This document shows, in pieces, positions 40,048 to 51,297 of a stretch of DNA of 64,000 bases. The notes beneath the pieces were generated by a model that was not told the DNA's origin, did not search any database, and saw only the letters and a program-made list of their open reading frames with translations. How positions within the stretch are numbered: position 1 is the stretch's first letter; each line of letters opens with the position of its first letter. The position numbers and the translations under genes were made by a program. The stretch is from Octopus sinensis. Lineage: Eukaryota. The DNA is taken from NCBI RefSeq assembly GCF_006345805.1, contig NC_043006.1:55614001-55678000 (forward strand), given 5' to 3'.

Positions 40048-40116
40048 CTTCTTCTTCTTCTTCTTCTTCTTCTTCTTCTTCTTCTTCTTCTTCTTCTTCT
40101 TCTTCTTCTTCTTCTT

Positions 40117-40179
<63 letters not shown>

Positions 40180-40396
40180 GAGTGAGAGAGCAGCGCATGC
40201 CATCAAAGTGACACTGGGGTAAAATATACGAAGCCCAGTATACCCATCATGACTACCTGTCTGATAAGGGTACACCAGGCACATGCATCACAAATTATTA
40301 TTATTATTATTATTATTATTATTGCTTGTGGGTGGTTAAGAGCGTGGGCTACTAACCCCAATATTCCGAGTTTGATTCCAGGCAGTGACCTGAAAG

Positions 40397-40450
<54 letters not shown>

Positions 40451-40595
40451 TCGAAAAATACCTTAGGAATGAGAACCCAGGTTTGAAATTTCACCAAGAC
40501 ACCTTATGATGGCTGTGTTAACAACAATCAAGATGAGGACAAATATCCGTAAAATGTAAATAAAGTACATAATTCCTCATCTCTTAAATATAGAA

Positions 40596-40652
<57 letters not shown>

Positions 40653-40861
40653 GTGAAATAGAAAGATGAATAATCTTGTAGTAGATTAATCAAAAGTTTA
40701 ACCGATACCTTAGTAGCAAAAATCACAGCAGTAAACAGCACGGTTGGAGGTACAACCATCTGGCGTTGCAACCGTGCGTTGGTGCGGATAATTGAAATTA
40801 AAACATTATTGGTGAATTGAAGAAATGGAGCTGAACGCAGATTGAAACAGAAATCGTTTTA

Positions 40862-40951
40862 TTTCATTCTACACGTGTTTCGAAAGGCACAAATTACCAA
40901 AATCCGATTGAATAATGGGACCATATTGTGTCTTTCTCTTCAGGAAGAAAA
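40862..40951 (-). ncRNA. Type I hammerhead ribozyme, identical inverted copy
   Basis: Exact reverse complement of 44101-44190. Confidence 0.85.
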
Positions 40952-41666
40952 AAGGAAATCCGTTGGAAAAACAAAAACAGAACAGAGGCGGAGCAAAAAC
41001 AAATCGGACTAAGCTCCTAAGAGCCCATGGCGAAACTGTTTATCAGTGTATGTTGAGAACCGGTGGCTGAAGAATTCAACGGGTCAGGCATCGGTCAATC
41101 ATGTGGGTGAGGGTGTATAGATGTTCTTTGTGACCGAGAATAAAGTTCTGACTATTTAAGGAATATTGGATGTTTTATAAGGGGCGAGAAAAAATCTACT
41201 TAGAGACGTGTGTGTGTGTATACTGTTCTATATATGTGTGTGTTGGCGTAGGGGTAGAAAACATTTTTTGTGTACGTGTGTGCGTTTGATCGTTCGGCTG
41301 TCAGTGGCTACTTCCGTGATAACCGTTGGGTGGCAGAAAGAAAAAAAAATATATATATATTATGTTTTATGTGTGTGTGTGTTCATCTAAGCCTGCCTTG
41401 TCAAGGAAACCCCCCGCTGTGAAAAAACCAAGCCCCGTTTGTCTTACAGGAGTAATTCCCCTTGCAGTGGTTAATCGTAGATATCTTAAAGGCTATTTCA
41501 GAATTTGTTACCAAGGGCTATGGGTGCCGGTATTATTTATAAACGCTATTTAAAAGCCAGATAAGTGTAACGCCGCCAATGGGGGCATCGAAAAGCCGAC
41601 TGTAAGAGCCCGTTTACCATCCGGCCTCTGGCAAACAAAATATGGAAGAGTTCGGAGACACAAAGG

Positions 41667-42721
41667 CTGGCCTCACCAGAGAAGAGATAGATATCATTTT
41701 AGTTGCCAGGAAATCGTTTATTAAGTTTGATAATAAGTTGTGGATCCGTAAAGATACTCCCAATGAATTTGATGTGCCTATGGGTAGTTCGGATAGTGCG
41801 CAGATAGCCGATTTGGTCGGAATATATATTCTCTACGAATTGTCCGACCAATTCCCGGAGATCGCGGGCGGCCTGTATCGTGACGATTGTCTGTTTTACC
41901 TGCAAAACACCACGAACAGAATAGTGCAGAAAACTAAGAGCAGGTTAGCTAGGTTTTTTAATAGAATGGGCATGAGTATAGTTTTTGATAATGAACTCAC
42001 CAAGGCTAATTTCCTAGACGTTACACTTAACCTTAATAGCGACTCATACTGCCCTTACCATAAGCCTTCCACTAATTTGAAGTATGTCAGTGTCTTCTCA
42101 AATCATGCCAAAACCGTAACAGACAATTTGGTTAAAAACATCTCTCTAAGATTGTCTGGCTTGTCCGCCAGTGCCGATATTTTTATGCAGAAAGCGGAAT
42201 TTTATAACGCCGCACTATCCAAGGCCGGTTATAGGCAGAAGGTAATTTATATTGATCCGGCCCTTCCGATGCCATCATTCGGTCATCAGGATAGGGCCGT
42301 ATATAATAACATTAACATTTTAAGTAAGGACGGGAGCGCGGCGGATGCCGGGGTAGTCGCTCCCGCATTTAATTTAGCGAACAAGGATAATTATCGGTCC
42401 AGGAGGTCTTACACTAACCCAAGACCCGTTATTCATCCGAGAATCACCCACCCGAATGCGAGAGCTGGCGTCCCGACCCATCACACTGATAGGAATAAGC
42501 ATATATGGTTTGTAATCCCCTTTGGTAAGCAGATTAGAACTAACCTCCCCCTCATGTTTAGACAAGCCATCGCCAATAACTTCCCCAGAAATTCCAAATA
42601 TTACTCCACGGTTAACTCACATAAAGTTAGGATAGCTTTCTCCAACACTAAAAACCTCGCCCAGATAATCGCCTCCCATAATAATAGGCTACTTACTAAG
42701 ACCCTATCACCTTTTTCCTGA
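41667..42721 (+). CDS. PLE reverse transcriptase, C-terminal part (5'-truncated at the inversion junction)
   Basis: FDVPMGSSDSAQIADLVG, GLYRDDCL, NFLDVTLNL, PYHKP, HIWFVIPF and IAFSNTKNL. Ends at TGA 42719-42721. Confidence 0.85.
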
Positions 42722-42825
42722 GGCACAGCCTCTTCCGCTCCCGGTTTAATGCTCAGTAGGAATAATTATAGTAGTAATAATGATATGAGAGCCAGTACAG
42801 TGACACATAATCTCAGCTCCAGCCA

Positions 42826-43506
42826 GGGAGTATAGCTAGGGGTATAGTTATAAATAGGGGTGTTGTGGTTGACGGTAACAATGGGAGTAGGGTAGAGAGC
42901 CCCAATAGCATCCCCAGCATCATTTCCCGCAATAGCAGCACCACGGGCAGTAGCAATGACAGCACTCTGATAGATAGTGGAGAATCAGGGGTTATTCCTA
43001 TAGTTAATAGTGACGTAGTGGAAAATAGAGTAGTAAGCGGCTGCATGTCTCGGAACGAACATAGTGACAGGAACGCAGTTCTAATTTCAGAAACTAATCC
43101 TAGCAGATTAAGATTCACGTCGGCGAACTCCAAGATCAAAAACGCCGTCTACCAATGCAAGGTTTACACGGACTCAGATGTCTTCACTTATGTAGGGGCA
43201 TCATCCTCAAGATTGTCTTTGCGTGTCTCCAACCATTACGCAACTTTTCGGGACGTGAACAAGCGCCAGACCACGGGACTCAGTAAGCTAATATGGCGAC
43301 TGAAGGATACGAACTTAAGCTATAGGCTGGAATGGTCAATTTTGTCGGTGGCCCTCCCATTTGATAGGGGCAGAAGACAGTGCAACCTTTGTGTCTCCGA
43401 ACTCTTCCATATTTTGTTTGCCAGAGGCCGGATGGTAGACGGGCTCTTACAGTCGGCTTTTCGATGCCTCCATTGGCGGCGTTACACTTATCTGGCTTTT
43501 AAATAG
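42826..43506 (+). CDS. PLE low-complexity linker plus GIY-YIG endonuclease (frameshifted from the RT part)
   Basis: NAVYQCKV...TYVGASS...RVSNHYATF...TGLSKLIWRLKD...CNLCVSE. Confidence 0.82.
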   Translation, partial: GSIARGIVINRGVVVDGNNGSRVESPNSIPSIISRNSSTTGSSNDSTLIDSGESGVIPIVNSDVVENRVVSGCMSRNEHSDRNAVLISETNPSRLRFTSANSKIKNAVYQCKVYTDSDVFTYVGASSSRLSLRVSNHYATFRDVNKRQTTGLSKLIWRLKDTNLSYRLEWSILSVALPFDRGRRQCNLCVSELFHILFARGRMVDGLLQSAFRCLHWRRYTYLAFK

Positions 43507-44100
43507 CGTTTATAAATAATACCGGCACCCATAGCCCTTGGTAACAAATTCTGAAATAGCCTTTAAGATATCTACGATTAACCACTGCAAGGGGAATTAC
43601 TCCTGTAAGACAAACGGGGCTTGGTTTTTTCACAGCGGGGGGTTTCCTTGACAAGGCAGGCTTAGATGAACACACACACACATAAAACATAATATATATA
43701 TATATATTTTTTCTTTCTGCCACCCAACGGTTATCACGGCAGTAGCCACTGACAGCCGAACGATCAAACGCACACACGTACACAAAAAATGTTTTCTACC
43801 CCTACGCCAACACACACATATATAGAACAGTATACACACACACACGTCTCTAAGTAGATTTTTTCTCGCCCCTTATAAAACATCCAATATTCCTTAAATA
43901 GTCAGAACTTTATTCTCGGTCACAAAGAACATCTATACACCCTCACCCACATGATTGACCGATGCCTGACCCGTTGAATTCTTCAGCCACCGGTTCTCAA
44001 CATACACTGATAAACAGTTTCGCCATGGGCTCTTAGGAGCATAGTCCGATTTGTTTTTGCTCCGCCTCTGTTCTGTTTTTGTTTTTCCAACGGATTTCCT

Positions 44101-44190
44101 TTTTTCTTCCTGAAGAGAAAGACACAATATGGTCCCATTATTCAATCGGATTTTGGTAATTTGTGCCTTTCGAAACACGTGTAGAATGAA
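44101..44190 (+). ncRNA. Type I hammerhead ribozyme with an intact core in the PLE pseudo-LTR
   Basis: TTC-CTGAAGA-GAAAGACACAA...TTGTGCCTTTC-GAAAC-ACGT-GTA^GAA. Stem II pairs at 10 of 11 positions, stem III is palindromic (ACACGTGT), and predicted cleavage is after 44183. Confidence 0.85.
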
Positions 44191-44248
44191 ATAAAACGAT
44201 TTCTGTTTCAATCTGCGTTCAGCTCCATTTCTTCAATTCACCAATAAT

Positions 44249-44298
<50 letters not shown>

Positions 44299-45149
44299 TA
44301 ATAAATAAAATACCTTGTCTCTTAGTATGTCCTCAATGTTCTCTCAAACTTCTCGATCAAATCATACCATACTTGGCGTACATGAATAAGTTGACCTTGG
44401 AAAGTATAATACGGTTATTATTATTTTTCTTTAGTAAAAATAAATAATAATGCTTTATATATAATGATTCACTTCTTCAAATTGTTTCTGAACTTCCTAT
44501 ATTTGGCATACTAACCAGCTATTTGCACACACGTGTATGTCTGCGTCATTATAAATGTGACGATTTGAAGTGACAAAAAAAATTCATACGGTGATAGACG
44601 GCTTTTCCTTGATTTTCCTGTACATATTTCAGAAATTTTTGGAACATGTTGCCTTATTAACACTTGATATTCAGTTGTGAGGATTTCAGATAAAAAAGAA
44701 TTTCTAAAAGTAATTTCTTCTCCGACTTTGGATCATCATACTTTTCAGCAAAATGGATAATTTTTAATGAAATTTTTTTGGAATATGTGTTATATCATGT
44801 ACAATATGAATATGTAAAATTGTTTCGGGGAAATGTTTTTGGAGGAGGTGATGGAAGATTTTTCGAAAATTCACAGGAAAATAGATATTTTTTAATGAAG
44901 TTGTCTGTAAGTACACCTCGGACTATGTACATTCCGAGCGTATAATAATTTTTGGAGAAAACAATTGGGGATTATTTTTAAGAAGTTTTCTCCAGTCGGG
45001 AGAGTTTCGGAACAAGTCGTCCATATTTGTTTAATTTTTTTTCCGTTTTGTGCGTTTCTGCATTCTTAGATTTCTACTGAAACAACATGCAATGAAGGTA
45101 AATGAAGTAGGTGTGTGTGTGTAAAAAATTTCAAAAGGTATTTTCATGT

Positions 45150-45312
45150 GACAGGAGTGGCTGTGTGGTAAGTAGCTTGCTTACCAACCACATTGTTCCA
45201 GGTTTAGTCCCACTGCGTGGCATCTTGGGCAAGTGTCTTCTGCTATAGCCCCGGGCCAACCAATGCCTTGTGAGTGGATTTGGTAGACGGAAACTGAAAG
45301 AAGCCTGTCGTA

Positions 45313-45353
<41 letters not shown>

Positions 45354-45557
45354 ATATGTTTGTGTCTGTGTTTGTCCCCCTAGCATTGCTTGACAACCGA
45401 TGCTGGTGTGTTTACGTCCCCGTCACTTAGTGGTTCGGCAAAAGACACCGAAAGAATAAGTACTGGGCTTACAAAGAATAAGTTCTGGGGTCGATTTGCT
45501 CGACTAAAGGCAGTGTTCCAGCATGGCCGCAGTCAAATGACTGAAACAAGTAAAAGA
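45150..45557 (+). mobile_element. Full-length SINE family A
   Basis: GGAGTGGCTGTGTGGTAAG head, GGTTTAGTCCC B-box-like motif, CTTGGGCAAGTG CORE-like motif, internal (TA)/(TG) tract and tail CAGTCAAATGACTGAAACAAGTAAAAGAG. Confidence 0.88.
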
Positions 45558-46789
45558 GTATACGGAGATAGACGCCTCTTTCTTGATTTTCCAATACATA
45601 TTTCGAACATTTTTGGAACTAGTTGCCTTATTAACACTTCATATTCAGTTGTCACGATTTCAGATAAAAAAGAATTTCTAAAGGTACTTTCATTTTTTAT
45701 ATTCTTCTCCGGCGGCATAACTAGATATTTCTGCTCCCCCGACGTTGAATGATCATACGGAAAAATGGATATTTTTTAATTAAATTTTCTGCGAATATGC
45801 CCCACCTCCTTCGCTTATCAATTTCTTCCCGAAATTTTACGGCTACGGTTAAAGGTTATATATGGACGCACAAACACCCAAAAAGGAGAAAATGAGACAA
45901 ATATGGACGACTTGTTCCAAAACACTCCCGAGTGGGGAACAGTCCTCAAAAATAACCACAATTATTTTTACCCGGAATCTTATATGCTCGGAATCAACAT
46001 AGTCCGAGGTATATTTGTAGACAATTTCATTAAAAAATATCCACTTGAAAGTTAAGACGAATTGAAGTGGACTCCCGTAAATTTTCAGAAAATCTTCCCT
46101 CACCTCCTCCTAAAACACCCTCACCCCCCAAAACTTGTATATTCGTAATATACATGATACAAAAATATGCATTTCTCTCAACGTTACGAACATCCAAATT
46201 CGATTATGGGGGGGGGGGCAGAAATATAATAAACAAGTCTCAAGGACAGTCTCTCAAGGTGTTTTCACTTTACCTTGCTTCTCTTTGCTTCTCTCATGGA
46301 TAATTATTTGTAGGATGTTCGTGATTTGGAAGTCCCCGAAATCTTTTCATTTATGCACCAATTAAGGACACACCCAAAACTTCGAGTATTTAGAAGCTCT
46401 AGATAATTAAATTGTAATTGATTTCCGGATTTGTTTCAATACATTGGTTTATAGTGACGCCATGTCATAGAATTTTTGTTAAATGTACTTATTAATAGGA
46501 GAGGAGCGTCCGCAGGCCATTTCTTCTCAAATTTATGCATTTTCAGGTTCAACGCGCTTCAAGTAAGTACTGACAATTGAAGGTGACTGCAAAGAAAAAG
46601 AACTATCTGTTCTTTTAAACGATTTTAACAGTGACAACATCGGACAATATATGTTATTGACGTTAATAATTTGTACCTCAGCTAATTACTGTTGAGAACA
46701 GCATAATCCATTTTTCATTTTACTTAGAGATTTAAAAGGCATACTTAAATTTCATTATTTTCAATAATCTGTGAAACACCGGGTTATTA

Positions 46790-47880
46790 ACGTATAAACT
46801 TTGTATTTCAGCTACTAGGTGGTAAGTCTGTTTCACGTTAGTTAGTTTCATGTTAGATCATACGCACGTCAATATACGCACATGCACAAGAAAAAACAGG
46901 GCTAAAGGCAAAATACAGAAAAGAATGTGTAAAAAATATATAAGAAATATAAGTAATGAGTATAGGGAGATAAAAAGCTTGAACGGGAATACAATGTAAA
47001 AAAAGCAAGCCCTATCTATAATCTCGGGGAGACCAAAAACGTAACAAATATTTATCCACGTGTGGATATGAACCCAAAAGTTCAGTTCTTGAATTTAGAC
47101 ATGTGGCGGGGTCTAAGCTGCTTTTCTATTTGAGCCATCTTTCCATATCACAAAGACCATACTTTTCTCTGCCGTTGGTGTAGGGCTTTCATTTGGCTAA
47201 GATCATCCAATGGATGTTGTAACTGACACCTTTATGTTTTAAGGACCATATATGATTGGATAATTTGGTCGTTTTCCTTTTATCGTAGTGCCTGAAGCTC
47301 AAGGTGTGATTATTGAACCTGGCCTTGAAATTACTCTCTGTAAGGCCCACGTATTTCTTCGTCGAAACAGTGTCCTTAGTAGATATGGAGTCCACGGTGG
47401 CTTCATAAATGATGGTCTCGGACATGCAAGCTCCATTTAGCGGGCACAAATTTTAATCCCTGCATGAACAGCTGGTTTCATTTTGTGTTTTTTTGTGTTG
47501 TGTGCGATTATATTTTTAAAATTAGTAGTTGAGCTGAAACTGATTTTTAAGTTATGTCTATTGAAGACTATGGGTAACTGGAAAATGTATATCTATCAGT
47601 GCTAAGAAATACGTGCCTATATTAAAGGTCACTTCAGGTGAGTAGGGGGTGTGAACCAGATAGTTTTTCTATTCCTGTGATTTCTTTTCTTTATTATTGG
47701 ACTGGTGGCAGGGGTATAGGTTATTTCCTCGCTAAATCCACTATCTTTTGGGGCCTTATTATATACAGGGGCAACGCTATTAAAAATGTCCTTATCGGAG
47801 GAGAAGCTTGAAATTCTTTTGTTAATATGTTTAACAAAAGTTTTAAACCATATGGGGGATGGCAGGAACATGTTTAACAT
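46790..47880 (-). mobile_element. Decayed PLE (RT thumb, CxC/CPLxGxC linker, GIY-YIG), cut by a Tc1 fragment
   Basis: RISSFSSDKDIF, KTIWFTPP, SCSCRD, CPLNGAC...IIYEA...YVGLTESNFKARF.NH..SF...W.IL. Confidence 0.82.
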
Positions 47881-48480
47881 TTGGAAAAAAAGCAGTCTGG
47901 GTCAAATGCTTGTTTTGGTTGTCTCCACAAATATACTCGTCCGGTGGTCAGAAATAAGGGAAAGGATGACTTGTCCGAGAATGTAACATTCTTCCACTGT
48001 TCTAGGGACCAATTCTGTAAGTTTTTACTGAACTCTAAACGTTTTGCAACGTTTGTTTTGGAAAGTAGTGGTTTTCTGATTGCAGTGCTTCCGTGGAATC
48101 CAGCTATGTGCAGCTCCCGGCGAGCAGTTTTTGAGGAAACTGAGTTCTCGGGGCAGTCATGAAGTCCTGCAGCAATTTTGGGAGCTGTAGTTTTGTGATC
48201 CTTTCTAACAATTCGCATGAGTCCGGCGGTCCCTATCTGAAAATTTTGGTTTTCATCCGAAGTTTTGTTTCGACGAGGAGGTTTTTAAAAATCTTTTTCA
48301 AAGGCTGTCATTACTTTCGAGACAGTACTTCTTGATACACCAAACATTTCGGCTGTTTTCGTTGCGCTAGCGCCTGCCATACGAGCACTAACAATTTGAA
48401 CTCTTTGAAAGTCCGATACATCTGTCATTTTAATGAATTTTAATCCTTGCTGTACTCTTTCGCCACAAATTTCACTCACT
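47874..48480 (-). mobile_element. Tc1-like transposase fragment, same family as 24353-25393
   Basis: IVRKDHKTTAPKI, RKPLLSK and WKNVTFSDKSSF. Confidence 0.85.
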
Positions 48481-48599
48481 CTTTCTTCTGTTGGCCTGCT
48501 CGGTTAGCCAGCGGGGTGGCGTCATTTGAAGGTTAAAACAATGTGAAGCGCATTGTGACCAGCGATATGTAGCAACATCTGATAGCCTGGTCGGTCACG

Positions 48600-49299
48600 G
48601 TGATACACACATATATATATATATGCATATATTTATATGCCTATACATATGCATCTATATATTTGACTTCACTCCTACCCACCTTCTCCCTTCAACCCTC
48701 TCTTTTCATTGTGTACCCCTCCCTCGTTACCCCACCCCTACACATTCCAACCCCACCACCCCTATGTATCCCATCCCACTCCACCTCAACCCTCAGACCC
48801 TACCCTTGCTTCCCCTACTCTCACATCCCTCACACCCCAACACCATCACACCACACACCACCACACACCACCATACCACACCACACCGCATCACACCACA
48901 AGGAACACACTAGCACTGACCACTTCCCAGCACCTACACCATCATCCACACACCTGCACATGCACACATGCACACGTCAAGGTCCCTAGCCCCCTTCCAC
49001 ACGCACATACACGCTGTCACATACATACGTACGCGCACCTTCGTTTTGGGATCACCACTACTTTATAATCTCCCCTTCATCCTAGCTCTCTTGTGTGACC
49101 CCTCTGTTCGGCATTCGTCATGATAGATCGCTAGCCACTAAACCTTTCCTACTTTCTCTTCTTGTTTATTTTTGTGTTCCTTTCTGTCGAAGAGCGTAGA
49201 CTCGAAACGTAAAAGACTTTCACACTTCCCGAGCGTTAAACTAATACATCTGTTTGTTGCTTACACACCCGTCTTCGTCTTTTGTTTTTTTTTTAATTC

Positions 49300-49305
<6 letters not shown>
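48600..49305 (+). mobile_element. PLE-type non-coding 3' segment (CA-rich block, hammerhead-like motif, end at (TA)n)
   Basis: Homologous to 54290-54750 inverted, with the same terminus at (TA)n. Confidence 0.65.
49180..49215 (+). ncRNA. Minimal hammerhead-like motif with U at core position 6
   Basis: CTTT-CTGTCGA-A-GAGCGTAGACTC-GAAAC-GTA^AAAG. Confidence 0.55.
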
Positions 49306-49364
<59 letters not shown>

Positions 49365-49373
<9 letters not shown>

Positions 49374-50420
49374 AGTGGTGTTCCACAGGGCACTGTCTTA
49401 GAGCCACTACTATTCAGAGTGTCCCATTCAGACATGCCTTCAACTGCTCAGATTGCCACCCTTGCTAGCTATACAGATGAGACAAAAGTCTTTCAGACAA
49501 TACAAAATCCTGGGAACATTGCACATCTGCAACGGGAGTTGGGCATAATATATATGTGGGAGGAGGACAACAGCATGCAGTTTAATGCAGGAAAATTCCA
49601 ACTTCTACGCTACCAGCACACAAAGCTCAACGACATGCAGACAGGATATACTTGCCTGAGAGGAATTGTAATCCATGAATCAAATTCAGTGAAAGACCTG
49701 GGCACTGATATAAACAATGATGGATCTTTCCGGGTGCATATTACTAATTTGGTAATAAAATGCAGACGGCTAGCTGGATGGATTCTCTGAACTTTCAAAA
49801 CAAGAGAAAAGAGACATTGATGGTCCTTTGGAGGACATACATCCTCAGTTGCTTGGACTACTTTTCCCAACTATGGTCATCAGATATAAAATTCACGGCG
49901 GAACTCGAAGCATTGCAACGAATCTGCACTAGAAAATCGTCTCGATGTAACGTATCAGCTACTGGGAATCACTGAAAGAATTAAAACTCTTCTCCCGAGA
50001 ACGAAGGCGGGAAACACATGCAGTGACATAGATCTGAAAAATCCTGGAAGGCCTTGTACCAAACTTTGGCATTGCAAGTTACTCTAACTGCAGAACGGGT
50101 CGCCACTGCATAGTGTCATAGATCCCAGCATCGCCATGAGAATACACAACCAGATACTGCAACAGCTTGGGATTCAACGGCCCACATCTCTTCAATATAC
50201 TTCCAGAATACCTAAGAGACCTATATAGTGTGGATGTAAGTATCTTTAAAAGAAAACTGGATCTCTTCCTGTCAAGGGTTCCAGACGAACTTACCTCACG
50301 GTAAGAAACAGATAAGGGCAGCGGTATTAAACACCCTCCTCGACCACATATCAGAGGAGGTTTCGTATCATGGTGTAGCTCAGTCAACGGTGATGACCGT
50401 AGCTTCGAGGCTGACACATT
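49365..50420 (+). mobile_element. CR1 family 2, 3' fragment, decayed
   Basis: SGVPQGTVL, ASYTDETK and VKDLG, with a tail matching 37600-37900. Confidence 0.85.
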
Positions 50421-50472
50421 TTAGAGAATTTATACATACATACATACATACATACATGCATACATACATACA

Positions 50473-50566
<94 letters not shown>

Positions 50567-50582
50567 GGAGATGTGGAACACG

Positions 50583-50933
50583 AGTTGTGATATATAAAAA
50601 GGAAATGAAGAAAATGCTGATAAAATAATTTAAGTAATTTAAGTAATTTAATTAGGTGAAAGTTATTTTTATCGGTTGCGCATTTGTTATGCTTATCAAA
50701 ATATATTTTTTAAAGAGAGATTAGAGTTCCTTTTCTGATAGATTTTTTCCTCTTATCTGATAAGAGGAAAAAATCTATCAGAAAAGGAACTCTAATCTCT
50801 CTTTAAAAAATATATTTTGATAAGCGTAACAAATGCACAACCGATAAAAAGAACTTTCACCTAATTAAATTACTTAAATTACTTAAATTATTTTGTCAGC
50901 ATTTTCTTCATTTCCTTTTTATATATCACAACT
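50583..50933. repeat. 351-bp near-perfect palindrome with a 1-nt centre (50758)
   Basis: 175-bp arms, no indel, four mismatches counted by eye. Lies between (TA)n tracts. Confidence 0.93.
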
Positions 50934-51206
50934 ATATATATATATATACATATATATACATGGAACAAACAAGAAATGTTTTCAATTACTAACTTTTTCT
51001 TGATATTTTGCTTATATAAATGTAAATTTGATGAAAAAAGTTAAAATTTATTCAAAAAGTATAATTGGAAACAGCTTTACGAAGAAACGATTACCATTTT
51101 ATTAATAATTATTTACCACTTACTCCATTTTCTTCTCTTATACATATACATGTATATATACATATATATATATATGTATATATATTTGTGTGTGTATATG
51201 TATATG

Positions 51207-51294
<88 letters not shown>

Positions 51295-51297
<3 letters not shown>

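Larger units (their letters stand above)
40650..44252 (+). mobile_element. Penelope-like element (YRDD-type RT plus GIY-YIG) with an inverted upstream copy of its 3' end, bounded by (TA)n
   Basis: 40801-41666 is the reverse complement of 43386-44252 (about 866 bp, about 4 substitutions plus microsatellite length differences). RT motifs PMGSSDSA and GLYRDD. Confidence 0.92.

Noticed and set aside
40180-40292. Possible HDV-like ribozyme (GGGTA/TACCC and CTGGG/CCCAG pairings)
   Set aside because: The order of pairings and the P1.1/P4 elements do not fit the HDV fold.
41642-41666. Start Met and first residues (MEEFGDTK) of the PLE RT ORF
   Set aside because: They come from the antisense of the inverted 3' arm. 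The junction is at 41666, so this is not a real N-terminus.
42719-42721. In-frame TGA in the PLE as possible selenocysteine read-through, as known in some Naiad PLEs
   Set aside because: The homologous copy at 31149-31961 reads through this region without TGA, a frameshift follows near 42826, and I saw no SECIS. Simple inactivation is more likely.
46815-46880. Hammerhead-like remnant in the 3' region of the 46790-47880 PLE, plus isolated GAAACCGGTC motifs near 7888, 25590 and 30313
   Set aside because: Two or more core mismatches, or no matching CUGANGA and stem II.
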